In this document: positions 19,845 to 28,500 of the stretch, piece by piece
Numbering within the stretch: the first letter of the stretch is position 1
Layout of the letters: each line of letters opens with the position of its first letter
DNA from: Edaphocola sp.
Lineage (GTDB): Bacteria > Bacteroidota > Bacteroidia > Chitinophagales > Chitinophagaceae
Direction: 5' to 3'
Length of the DNA stretch: 34,182 bases
Assembly (NCBI GenBank): GCA_035304405.1
Contig: DATGQB010000150.1
Location: 1-34,182 of the forward strand
The notes under the pieces: generated by a model
Databases searched by the model: none
What the model saw: only the letters and a program-made list of their open reading frames with translations
What the model was told of the DNA's origin: nothing
Program-made: the position numbers and the translations under genes

Positions 19845-19947
19845 TAATGGCCTTTATACGCATATGGGCAATAATGACGTTTAATAACTATGCGAATGGC
19901 ATTGGGTGTATAGCTCAAGGCCATCCTTAAAAATATTCACAATCACT

Positions 19948-22900
19948 ATGAGTACCAATATCAAAACCTTATTGATAACCGCGTTACTTTGCTTCGCTGC
20001 ATCCTTCACATGGAGCCAAAAAATAGTACAGTATAAGGATTTACATGCGTTTAAGATAGATGAACAAGGCTTTTATACCGATAGAATGCTCTTTGATGTC
20101 ACACTGGATTCTATTCGACTGCAGCTTCTGAATCTTGAGTACGAACCTGTAAGCGCTGATATTCCTGAGGGAGTGCACATCGCGCAACATCATGTTCAGC
20201 TGGAGCAGTTTTTCGGTAAGGAACGCAAAAAGCTGGTGGCAGGATTCAGATTGCCTATTTATTTTAACCGAAATGATAGCCTATACAGAGTTACCGGTTT
20301 TAGCATCAGCTATGAAGAGCCGGCACCTGCAAGGCTAGTTAAAAGAACTTATGCTGCCAATTCTGTACTCAGCTCCGGCACCTGGTACAAAATAGGGGTG
20401 GCGCAGCGTGGGGTGGTCAGGATAGATTATAATTTGTTACAAAGTCTGGGTATAAATCCGGCTAATGTGAACCCACAGCATATCAGAGTGTATGGCAACG
20501 GCGGAACCGTGATGCCAGAAGCTGTTACCGATGATGTACCGGATGATTTGGTGGAGAATGCGGTGTCAGTTCATGCTTCGGGTTCAAGCTTCGGCACTAA
20601 TGATTATGTATTGTTCTATGCGAATGGGCCTGTGTTGTGGCAGTACCAGCCAGCTAGGGGAATCTTTGAGCATACCCCTAATTATTACGAAGACAAAAGC
20701 TATTATTTTATCACTTTCGATTTAGGCCCGGGCAAACGTATTCAGGAAAGCAGTCCTGTTTCCGGTGCGGTGGCAGAAACGATTACTGCATTTGATGCCT
20801 ATTATTTGATAGACCAAGACAGCCTAAATCTCGGTGAGGTGGGCAAAATGTGGTTTGGCCATAATGTGCCACGCAATTCGTCTATTGATATCCCTGTGCA
20901 TCTCGGAGCTTTTCAGGGCGAAGTGAGACTGGATTATCAGGCTGGTGCCATAGTAGACGCCGGTTCCATGTCGTTTAATATTAAGCAGGCAGGTAATAAT
21001 CTTCTGTCGGATGTATTTGGCGTCTCTGATGGCTATACTACTTATTATAGTCAGCGGTCCGGAACGGCCTTCTTCACTCCGGGCAGTGCAAATTTTAATG
21101 TGACGTTTAGCAATACTGCTGCTTCAATTAATGCTAGGATGTATGTTGATTATCTGCGCTTTAACTATAAAAGACCTTTGAGCGTGGCTGGCATCGACCA
21201 GCTCGACTTTCGCAGCCTGCAACAAAGACTGGTAGGGTCTTCAGATTTAGTAAACTTTGCGATAGCAAATGCCGGAGCGAATGTGAAAGTATGGGATGTA
21301 ACTAATCCAATTGAGCCTGAAAGCATACCATTAGCGTTCTCCGGCAATAATGCTAGTTTTCTGGCAGCCGGTGGTCTTGTACATGAGTATATATTGTTTA
21401 ATGGTAACAGTTTTGTGCAGCCCAGTGCCGAGGGCGCAGTGGCCAATCAAAACTTGCATGCACTGGCACCGGTAGAATATCTTATTATTACGAATAATCA
21501 GTTGCTTCCCGCTGCCGAACGTCTGGCACAAATTCACAGAGACCGCTTTAATAGAAGTGTGCAAGTAGTTACCGTAGATAAAATATATAATGAGTTTTCA
21601 TCAGGAGGGCAAGATATCGCCGGTATCCGCAACTTCATCAGAATGTTTTATGACCGCGGTAGTGGCAGTAACGAGTTGAAGAACGTATTGTTGATGGGTG
21701 CCGCCTCATATGATTACAAAGACAGGATAGATGGGAATACCAATCTGGTACCTGTATACCAGACATTGGCGTCCTATCATAGCTCCATGAGCTACTCTAC
21801 GGATGAATTTTATGCACTGATGGACCCCGGAGAGTCGGTTGCGGCTTCTAGTAATGCCGGTAATTATATCGACCTTGGGGTAGGGCGTATCCCGGCACGA
21901 AACATACAGGAAGCTAATGATTATGTAGATAAAGTAGAGCGTTATCTGAGCGCAGAAAGTTTTGGGGAATGGAAATCAAGTGTAACTTTTGTGTCTGATG
22001 ACTATAGCTTAGAAGATCGTGGCGGTTACGATTTTCTGGGTAGTATAGAGCAAATGAGTACTGCCTTGGATAATGCGAACAACCAGTTTGTCCATGCCAA
22101 ATTGTATTCAGATGCCTCGCCAAGAGTGGCTACAGCGGGTGGTATTAAATTTCCAAATGTTACCAGAGAAATCAATAATCAGGTGTTCAACGGTACTATG
22201 CTGCTCAATTATGTAGGCCATGGCAGCCCACAAAGATGGGCTGTGGAAGAGTTGCTGTTTAAAGGCGATGTGGACCGCTGGAGTAATATGTATAAAATGC
22301 CTTTGGTGATTACTGCCACATGCGACTTTGGCAGATTTGACAATCCTAATGTACACGCAGTAGGTACCCAAATGGTGACCAAGCGCAATGGAGGCGCCAT
22401 TGCGTCCTTAACCACTACGCAGGTCGTATCTGAGTGGAGTAACAATCAGTTAAATGCCGCTTATTTGCATTATCAATTCAAGCAGCAGAATGATGGCTCT
22501 TATCTCTCATTTGGAGAAGCATTCATGCATGCCAAAAACGCCATCAATACAGGTGCAGGCATTCAGGAGAATTCCAAGCGTTTCGTCATTCTCGGCGACC
22601 CGGCACTGAGTCCATCCATCCCGGTAAACAAATTGGTAGTTGAAGAAATTCTAGAGCAACAGGGGGATGAAAATCTAGTACCTTCGGATACTTTAAAAGC
22701 TTTGGGAAGATATGTTGTTAAAGGTCGGGTTACTCAAGCCAACGGCATCCCCATGACTGATTTTAATGGCCTGGTGTACCTTAGTGTGTATGATAAAATT
22801 AAAATTCAAATGGCTACTAACCAGCTTTTGCTGGATGCCCCGGCACATAAGCAAAAAGACTTTAAGGTGCAAAACAGCGTGCTGTTTAGAGGTAGTACCA

Positions 22901-23721
22901 CTGCCACTAATGGCGAGTTTGAGATAAGTATCATTCTGCCCAAAGACATCAATTTTGACTTTGGCAGCGGTAAGATGGTGCTGTACGCCCATGATGATAG
23001 CCGGGAGGCTATGGGCGTAGATACCAATTTTATAGTAGGCGGTTATAGTCCCTTTGCCGGCTCTGACAATGATGCCCCTATTGTACAACCCTACATCGAC
23101 AATAATAAGTTTAGAGATGGAGATATCGTGAGCCCAGACCCAATGCTTTATGTAGAACTCTCGGATAATAATGGTATCAATGTATCCGGCAGTTCCATAG
23201 GTCACGATTTGATTGCAGTCCTGGACGGCGATTATGCCAATCCGTTTATCCTTAATGCTTTCTATCGTACCGCTCCTAATGACTATACCCAAGGAAATTT
23301 GTATTATCAGCTCAGCAAACTGAGCCCCGGCAAACATACTATCACTGTAAGAGCTTGGGATATTTACAACAATTCGGGAGAGGGTAGTATCAGCTTTTTT
23401 GTGAAAGACAGCGATACTGTTGATTTTAATTTGTACAACTATCCCAATCCATTTAGCAGCACCACCAATATTGTTTTGCAACATAATCAACCCAATGTAG
23501 AAATGGAGGTAGTCCTGAAAATCTTTACCAGCAGTGGCGCTTTGGTGTATGAAGAGCAGCAGCACATCAGACCTTCAGCCAGCTTTACCGAATGGGTGTG
23601 GGATGGCAGAAGCAATACCGGGGCTTATGTGGGTAACGGTCTCTATTTCTACCAGATAAGCATAAAAACTTCTGAAGGAAAATCTAAAACTTTATACAAT
23701 AAACTCTCGTTTTTCCGTTAA
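19948..23721 (+). CDS. porU: Type IX secretion system sortase PorU (peptidase C25)
   Basis: SVLSSGTWYKI, IYNEFSSG..D...IR.F, GRIP, intact YVGHG and TATC catalytic His/Cys, ILGDP, GIGHD-like SIGHDL, and a C-terminal YPNPF CTD. Start moved to ATG 19948, which gives a signal peptide. Confidence 0.95.
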   Translation: MSTNIKTLLITALLCFAASFTWSQKIVQYKDLHAFKIDEQGFYTDRMLFDVTLDSIRLQLLNLEYEPVSADIPEGVHIAQHHVQLEQFFGKERKKLVAGFRLPIYFNRNDSLYRVTGFSISYEEPAPARLVKRTYAANSVLSSGTWYKIGVAQRGVVRIDYNLLQSLGINPANVNPQHIRVYGNGGTVMPEAVTDDVPDDLVENAVSVHASGSSFGTNDYVLFYANGPVLWQYQPARGIFEHTPNYYEDKSYYFITFDLGPGKRIQESSPVSGAVAETITAFDAYYLIDQDSLNLGEVGKMWFGHNVPRNSSIDIPVHLGAFQGEVRLDYQAGAIVDAGSMSFNIKQAGNNLLSDVFGVSDGYTTYYSQRSGTAFFTPGSANFNVTFSNTAASINARMYVDYLRFNYKRPLSVAGIDQLDFRSLQQRLVGSSDLVNFAIANAGANVKVWDVTNPIEPESIPLAFSGNNASFLAAGGLVHEYILFNGNSFVQPSAEGAVANQNLHALAPVEYLIITNNQLLPAAERLAQIHRDRFNRSVQVVTVDKIYNEFSSGGQDIAGIRNFIRMFYDRGSGSNELKNVLLMGAASYDYKDRIDGNTNLVPVYQTLASYHSSMSYSTDEFYALMDPGESVAASSNAGNYIDLGVGRIPARNIQEANDYVDKVERYLSAESFGEWKSSVTFVSDDYSLEDRGGYDFLGSIEQMSTALDNANNQFVHAKLYSDASPRVATAGGIKFPNVTREINNQVFNGTMLLNYVGHGSPQRWAVEELLFKGDVDRWSNMYKMPLVITATCDFGRFDNPNVHAVGTQMVTKRNGGAIASLTTTQVVSEWSNNQLNAAYLHYQFKQQNDGSYLSFGEAFMHAKNAINTGAGIQENSKRFVILGDPALSPSIPVNKLVVEEILEQQGDENLVPSDTLKALGRYVVKGRVTQANGIPMTDFNGLVYLSVYDKIKIQMATNQLLLDAPAHKQKDFKVQNSVLFRGSTTATNGEFEISIILPKDINFDFGSGKMVLYAHDDSREAMGVDTNFIVGGYSPFAGSDNDAPIVQPYIDNNKFRDGDIVSPDPMLYVELSDNNGINVSGSSIGHDLIAVLDGDYANPFILNAFYRTAPNDYTQGNLYYQLSKLSPGKHTITVRAWDIYNNSGEGSISFFVKDSDTVDFNLYNYPNPFSSTTNIVLQHNQPNVEMEVVLKIFTSSGALVYEEQQHIRPSASFTEWVWDGRSNTGAYVGNGLYFYQISIKTSEGKSKTLYNKLSFFR

Positions 23722-23822
23722 TTGATAGGGTAAAGACCAGAGCCGATGTGTATTTAGCATACACCTTGTCTTTGCCGCATTACTGGGTATAATTGAAAAA
23801 TTAAGAAATCTTGCAAATGTTG

Positions 23823-23830
23823 TACATTTG
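23823..23830 (+). promoter_or_regulatory. -7 promoter box (TACATTTG) for porV
   Basis: Exact TAnnTTTG 29 nt upstream of the ATG. Confidence 0.6.
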
Positions 23831-23859
23831 CACTCTATTAAAATTAAATAATCACACGA

Positions 23860-25044
23860 ATGAATCGAAAATTAGTCGTTTCTGGATTGACCGTTGTTAG
23901 TTTGGTGGCTTCGTTACAAGCAAGAGCTCAGGATCCTGAATATTCTAAAGTTGGACCTATATCCTATGCCGTTCCGTTTTTGACCATAGCGCCAGACGCT
24001 CGTTCAGGAGCAATGGGCGATGTAGGCGTGGCTTTATCGCCAGATGCTTACGGTCATAACTATAATGTGGGTAAAGTAGCAATGAGTGAGGACGAGGGTG
24101 GCCTGGCCGCTAGCTATTCTCCTTGGCTTCAAGATATTGTGCCTGATGTAGGCCTCATGTACCTTTCAGGTTTTTATAAATTTGGACAAGATAATAACCA
24201 AGCCATCAGTGGCTCTATTCGCTATTTTAATCTGGGTGAAATTGATTACCGCGACCAAAATAATAAGTCTATTGGTATTGGTAAACCTTACGAACTGGCA
24301 TTTGATGTAGGTTATTCTCGTAAATTATCTGAGAATCTTTCAATGGGCGCTACCATCAGATACATCAACTCCAATATTGCTGCGGGTTACAGAGGTGGTA
24401 ATGGCGGTGGTGGTTACAAAGCTGCCAATGCTTTCGCTGCAGATTTAGGCTTGTTTTACACCAATACTGTAATGCAAAGCGAAGAAACGGGCTATACTTT
24501 CAACTTTGGTGCGGCATTGCGCAATCTTGGTAGCCGCGTCACTTACTCTGAGGTACAGCGCGATTTCCTGCCTGCTCAGCTAGCAGTAGGTGCTGCCTAT
24601 ACTTATCATATCGATAAGCATAATAAATTTACTGCTTCTGTAGATTTTGTAAAACTTTTGGTGCCTGCTTCAATCAGACGCGAAGATGCCAATGGCAACT
24701 ATTACCATGAGCCACAATGGAATCTTAGTGTAGTATCTGGTGCCTTGAACTCTTTTGTGAAAGCTCCTGGTATGTACGGCACTACTATCGGTATCGGTGG
24801 TGAATACTGGTATCAAGAGCAGTTTGCTGTGCGTGCAGGTTACTTCCACGAAGATAAAGAGCTGGGCAACAGACAGTATTTTGCAGTAGGTGCAGGTGCT
24901 CGCTACAGTATGTTCGGTCTGGATGCTTCTTATCTGATTCCTTCAGGAGCAGGTATCGCCCGCAACCCATTGAGTAATACTCTGCGTTTCTCTCTGTTGT
25001 TCAATTTCAACAGTAAGAAATATTTTACCGAAAAAGAAGCTTAA
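23860..25044 (+). CDS. porV: Type IX secretion system outer-membrane protein PorV
   Basis: AVPFLTIAPDARSGAMGD, SYSPWL, RAGYFHE..GNRQY and NPLSNTLRFSL motifs; follows porU. Confidence 0.95.
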   Translation: MNRKLVVSGLTVVSLVASLQARAQDPEYSKVGPISYAVPFLTIAPDARSGAMGDVGVALSPDAYGHNYNVGKVAMSEDEGGLAASYSPWLQDIVPDVGLMYLSGFYKFGQDNNQAISGSIRYFNLGEIDYRDQNNKSIGIGKPYELAFDVGYSRKLSENLSMGATIRYINSNIAAGYRGGNGGGGYKAANAFAADLGLFYTNTVMQSEETGYTFNFGAALRNLGSRVTYSEVQRDFLPAQLAVGAAYTYHIDKHNKFTASVDFVKLLVPASIRREDANGNYYHEPQWNLSVVSGALNSFVKAPGMYGTTIGIGGEYWYQEQFAVRAGYFHEDKELGNRQYFAVGAGARYSMFGLDASYLIPSGAGIARNPLSNTLRFSLLFNFNSKKYFTEKEA

Positions 25045-25066
25045 GCTTATTTCCCCATATTTTGCC

Positions 25067-25101
25067 AGAGGCTGTCCGCTCAGGATAGCCTCTTCTTTTT
25101 T
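25067..25101 (+). terminator. Terminator after porV
   Basis: AGAGGCTGTCC-gctca-GGATAGCCTCT followed by TCTTTTTT. Confidence 0.75.
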
Positions 25102-25110
25102 GTTTTCCTA

Positions 25111-25272
25111 GGGCGTGCCCCGCCGCCAAACCTTCATTGCCTCTGCTTATGGCGCTCCGAACGGTAATTCGAACCAAGATTGGTGGCGGCGGGTCGGGCC
25201 ATCCATTGCAAGTCCTCGCAGTGCTCCACTGCGTTGCGCACGCTGCGGGCTTTTCATTGCTACCCCTCACGC
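25111..25272 (+). ncRNA. GC-rich structured intergenic element resembling the Bacteroidota Flavo-1 RNA motif/repeat
   Basis: GGGCGTGCCC...GGGTCGGGCCATCC...CAAGTCCTCGC...GCTGCGGGCTTTTCA..GCTACCCCTCACGC. Nested stems: GCGTG/CACGC; CCCGCCGCCA 25119-25128 / TGGCGGCGGG 25184-25193; CGCAGTG/CACTGCG. The family name is from memory of the consensus. Confidence 0.6.
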
Positions 25273-25447
25273 ATGTGCTCAACCTATCCAAAAATCCATA
25301 ATACATCAAGCATCTTAGGGTGTGTCGTATGGTTAATAGTCTGATTTCATCGTTGAAGTAAGGTTTGGTACTATATTGAAGTTCAATCAGTAATATCAAT
25401 CCTGGTCTTATTGCGGGTAATGGAGGCATTTGCGTCAAAAAAACAAT

Positions 25448-25488
25448 AAAAAAGGCAGATTTTCCACTGGGGAAATCTGCCTTTTTTT
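25448..25488 (-). terminator. Bidirectional-type terminator after yajQ
   Basis: A6-GGCAGATTTTCC-actg-GGGAAATCTGCC-T7. Confidence 0.8.
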
Positions 25489-25516
25489 GCGCTGCAGGCG
25501 CATTTTTCAAGCGATA

Positions 25517-26008
25517 TTAGCTTTTCATATTTACAAATTGAAGGGGCAAGTCCAAATCTGCATTCTTGCACAATGCAATCACAGATTGTAAATCATCTAT
25601 CTTTTTGCCACTTACTCGGATGATATCGTCCATTATTGCGGCCTGCACTTTGATGCCCGAATCCTTTATTAGTTTTACTATCTTTTTCGCATCAGCCTGT
25701 GCAATGCCATTTCTGATTTTTACATCTTTCTTTACGTACTTACCGTGTGCTGCCACTGGTGCCGAGGTATCAAAACATTTAGGGTCCAGTCCTTGACGCA
25801 TAGCTTTGGTAAGCAATACATCTTCTACCTGCTTGAGATGCATATCACTCTCTACTTCCAGCTTCAGTGTATAATTTTTCTTATCCAGGTCTATTTCACA
25901 ATGAATACCCTTGAAATCATACCTGTTGGTAATCTCTTTCTTGGCAGTATTTACAGCATTGTCCAGAGATTGAATATCTACTTTGCTTGCGATGTCAAAT
26001 GAAGGCAT
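25517..26008 (-). CDS. yajQ: YajQ-family nucleotide (c-di-GMP)-binding protein
   Basis: MPSFDI.S..NAV..A.KEI..RYDFKG..KVQAAI..IRVSGKKIDDLQ..LQFVN. True start at MPSF (ATG 26008). Confidence 0.95.
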   Translation of the reverse strand: MPSFDIASKVDIQSLDNAVNTAKKEITNRYDFKGIHCEIDLDKKNYTLKLEVESDMHLKQVEDVLLTKAMRQGLDPKCFDTSAPVAAHGKYVKKDVKIRNGIAQADAKKIVKLIKDSGIKVQAAIMDDIIRVSGKKIDDLQSVIALCKNADLDLPLQFVNMKS

Positions 26009-26027
26009 AATGAATGATTGTTTAGTG

Positions 26028-26035
26028 CAAATATA
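26028..26035 (-). promoter_or_regulatory. -7 promoter box (TATATTTG) for yajQ
   Basis: Exact TAnnTTTG 19 nt upstream of ATG 26008, which supports the shorter start. Confidence 0.6.
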
Positions 26036-26224
26036 CTGCTTGATGGGCAATGCGGCAAGTGCCGCTACTGGCACATTGCTACATCGGTTAGTGGTTTCTT
26101 CTTTAAAATTGGAGAATAGGCTAGTAAGTGTTGTACGCTTGCACTAAGGCGGAATGTATGGGTCTAAAAATTTGAATGAATAACTCCGGCACACTATTCA
26201 TTGGCTATAAAACTATCCCCTGTC

Positions 26225-27448
26225 TTATACTTTATGTTTTTCGTTTGGGAAAGCATAATCTTCCAGATATTGGAAGTATTTTCCGAGTTGTCCGTTTTCG
26301 CAGATAGTGGCACGCTCCAAGATAGCACTGTAATCTTTCAATAATTCAGGAATTACCAGCTCTGTAAGATGATGACCAAATGATTCAGAAGCATCTCTAG
26401 GCAACTCATTTGGTAAGTTATCTACAGCCATGATGTCAATTATTCCTTCATCATTCACAAAGGGTTCTACTTTTAGGCCACTAACTTTTGAAATGCCGTA
26501 CACCGGATCCGCAATGGTAGAGGCTCCCAGATTGATAGGTACAGAACCGTTTTCGTCACAGGTGATATCCGCAATCACCTTGAGTTTAAATTCCGGTTTG
26601 TTGATATCTGCTGTTTCGAATAGGCGTGGGATATCTTTATCCCAGTAAATACCATTGATGAGAATATCTGCTCCTAAGAAAGGCTGGAACAAGCATTCAT
26701 AACGCTTTGGATGCTCATGAAACTCGTCCCTGTTATAGGTCTCTGTAAACTTATTTCTATACAGATGCTCATTATCCAGCACCGTATAAACTGCTTCGTC
26801 GTATTCCTCACTTAAAAAATCCTGAGGGTCCACCTCGCGGATGCCCATTGCATTCATAACATGTACCACACCTTTGGTTACTCGCCCGCCTCCGGTAACA
26901 ACGATTTTTACTGGTGGAAACTTGATATGGTGGTACTGGGCGGTCATTTGCAGCATGTCTTTGCAGGCATGCGCTGGTTTTAGGTCAAATAAATTGAATT
27001 TCTTACCATAAGTAAGTAGCGCATTATGTGCACCTACCACACCAGCGTAAAAACCAAATCCTATAATACGCTTGCCATTGTCATAAGTAAGCGCTTCATA
27101 GTCGATGAGTCTGATTCTTTTAGCAATCAGCGCCATCATTAACTTTTGGTTATATGATTGCTTTTTCTTGGTATGGGAAAAGAAACAGTAAGTCTTATCA
27201 GGAATCAAGTCATTTACAGGAACTTCTTTAATGCCAAAAAGTACGTCACAATCCTGAAGATTGCTGCTCATAGGGATATTACAGTCCCTGTACTCTTCGT
27301 CTGCATAACAGCGGTTGGAAGAGGGTTCAACCACTAGATCCACTTCTTCAAAATTTTCTAATAAATTCACACACTGCTTAGGGCTTAGCGCTACACGGGT
27401 ATCTGGTGGTATCTTTCCTTCCTTTATCAGACCTAGTTTCATATTCAT
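26225..27448 (-). CDS. AlaDh/PNT-fold oxidoreductase, lysine-ketoglutarate reductase / saccharopine dehydrogenase-like
   Basis: E.K.P.D.RV, GIKEVP, FFSHTKKKQ.YN, LIDYE, FG.YAG, DITCD..GS and VDNLPNELPRDASE.FG motifs. Confidence 0.85.
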   Translation of the reverse strand: MNMKLGLIKEGKIPPDTRVALSPKQCVNLLENFEEVDLVVEPSSNRCYADEEYRDCNIPMSSNLQDCDVLFGIKEVPVNDLIPDKTYCFFSHTKKKQSYNQKLMMALIAKRIRLIDYEALTYDNGKRIIGFGFYAGVVGAHNALLTYGKKFNLFDLKPAHACKDMLQMTAQYHHIKFPPVKIVVTGGGRVTKGVVHVMNAMGIREVDPQDFLSEEYDEAVYTVLDNEHLYRNKFTETYNRDEFHEHPKRYECLFQPFLGADILINGIYWDKDIPRLFETADINKPEFKLKVIADITCDENGSVPINLGASTIADPVYGISKVSGLKVEPFVNDEGIIDIMAVDNLPNELPRDASESFGHHLTELVIPELLKDYSAILERATICENGQLGKYFQYLEDYAFPNEKHKV

Positions 27449-27501
27449 TTAAAATGTTGCAGTAAAAACAAACCATTACACTATTATAAATAGTGTTTGT
27501 G

Positions 27502-27509
27502 CAAAGTTA
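27502..27509 (-). promoter_or_regulatory. -7 promoter box (TAACTTTG) for the oxidoreductase gene
   Basis: Exact TAnnTTTG on the minus strand. Confidence 0.55.
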
Positions 27510-27767
27510 AAAGAAAATGTTATTACAATTGGATAGGTTGTTTTGTGGTTTTCAGGTCGATATGTAGATAATTATCCTTTTGATATGAGTGACCAAACAG
27601 TTAAAAGTTATTTTTTTATTAAAATTGCAAAACCTCACCCTTCAGAATGAAATATTATGGAGTAGCTAAAGTTTTAAGGCTGTTGTAGTGTGTACTCATC
27701 AAAGTGTATAACATCTCAACAACATTTGAATAACAATTTGCTGTGAAGATTGTTTGATGTAGGATAT

Positions 27768-27797
27768 AAAAAAAGCCCAACAGTTGCAGATTGGGCT
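27768..27797 (-). terminator. Terminator after the HNH gene
   Basis: Minus strand AGCCCAA-N10-TTGGGCT followed by a T run. Confidence 0.65.
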
Positions 27798-27841
27798 GAG
27801 CTTATGGGCTGGGGTACTTAGCACCGCAAAACCGGTGAAAA

Positions 27842-28444
27842 CTACTCCGCCTCTATCTTGGACCAGTTTTCACCAGATTTGATTCTATAGATTTGCATTT
27901 CGCTCACCCCAAATCTTTTGGCCAGTATTTTAATGCGTGTTTTATTGTCTGGATTAGCGATAATCCTTTTGATGAGTTTCACTTGATTAACGGTGAGTTT
28001 TCGTCCGTTTTTAACTTTACGGTTCTCCTCAAGCCATTTGGCTCGTGCTTCGAGTACTTTGGGGCTCTTGTTCTGGTGTTCCAATCTCTCTTCTGCGCCT
28101 ACCCAGCGCAGGTTAGATACATTGTCATTGGCCAGATTGTGGTCCAGATGTATAACATGCTTTTTGTTCGGGTCGCTGTTGGGCAAATGATATTCTGCAA
28201 CCAGTCTATACAAAAGCTTATGCTTATGCCGTATTTTGTCTCCCTCTCTTACCTTGTAGCGCCAAATTCTATAACCTGAGGTAATGCTGCCTTTTACAAT
28301 AGTACCATCTTCAAAAGACTCCTTGAAGCTCAGCAATCTACCCAGATTAGATATAGCGTAGCGTAGCTGTAATTTATCATCAAGGTGTATTTCTTTGAAG
28401 GCTTCGTTTAAAAATGGCTTAAACTGAGTCATATAAAGTTTCAT
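27842..28444 (-). CDS. NUMOD4 + HNH_3 + C-terminal HTH protein (I-HmuI-like architecture)
   Basis: E.FKEI..YAISNLGRL.S (NUMOD4), GY..YRLVAE, VIHLDHNLANDNVSNLRWV (HNH), and KLT..QV..IK..LAKRFGVS..QIYRIKSGENW (HTH). Confidence 0.85.
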   Translation of the reverse strand: MKLYMTQFKPFLNEAFKEIHLDDKLQLRYAISNLGRLLSFKESFEDGTIVKGSITSGYRIWRYKVREGDKIRHKHKLLYRLVAEYHLPNSDPNKKHVIHLDHNLANDNVSNLRWVGAEERLEHQNKSPKVLEARAKWLEENRKVKNGRKLTVNQVKLIKRIIANPDNKTRIKILAKRFGVSEMQIYRIKSGENWSKIEAE

Positions 28445-28500
28445 TTTCGGTAATACATTGCAAAAACCGTGCTAAACCATTTTATACCAGCGGCAAACCG

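Noticed and set aside
22693-23565. 290-aa antisense ORF inside porU, and the other shadow ORFs in the track
   Set aside because: Antisense or alternative-frame ORFs over well-supported genes, with no recognisable motifs.
25025-25510. 161-aa and 67-aa ORFs between porV and yajQ
   Set aside because: They run across two terminators and the GC-rich structured element and are best explained by stop-codon scarcity.
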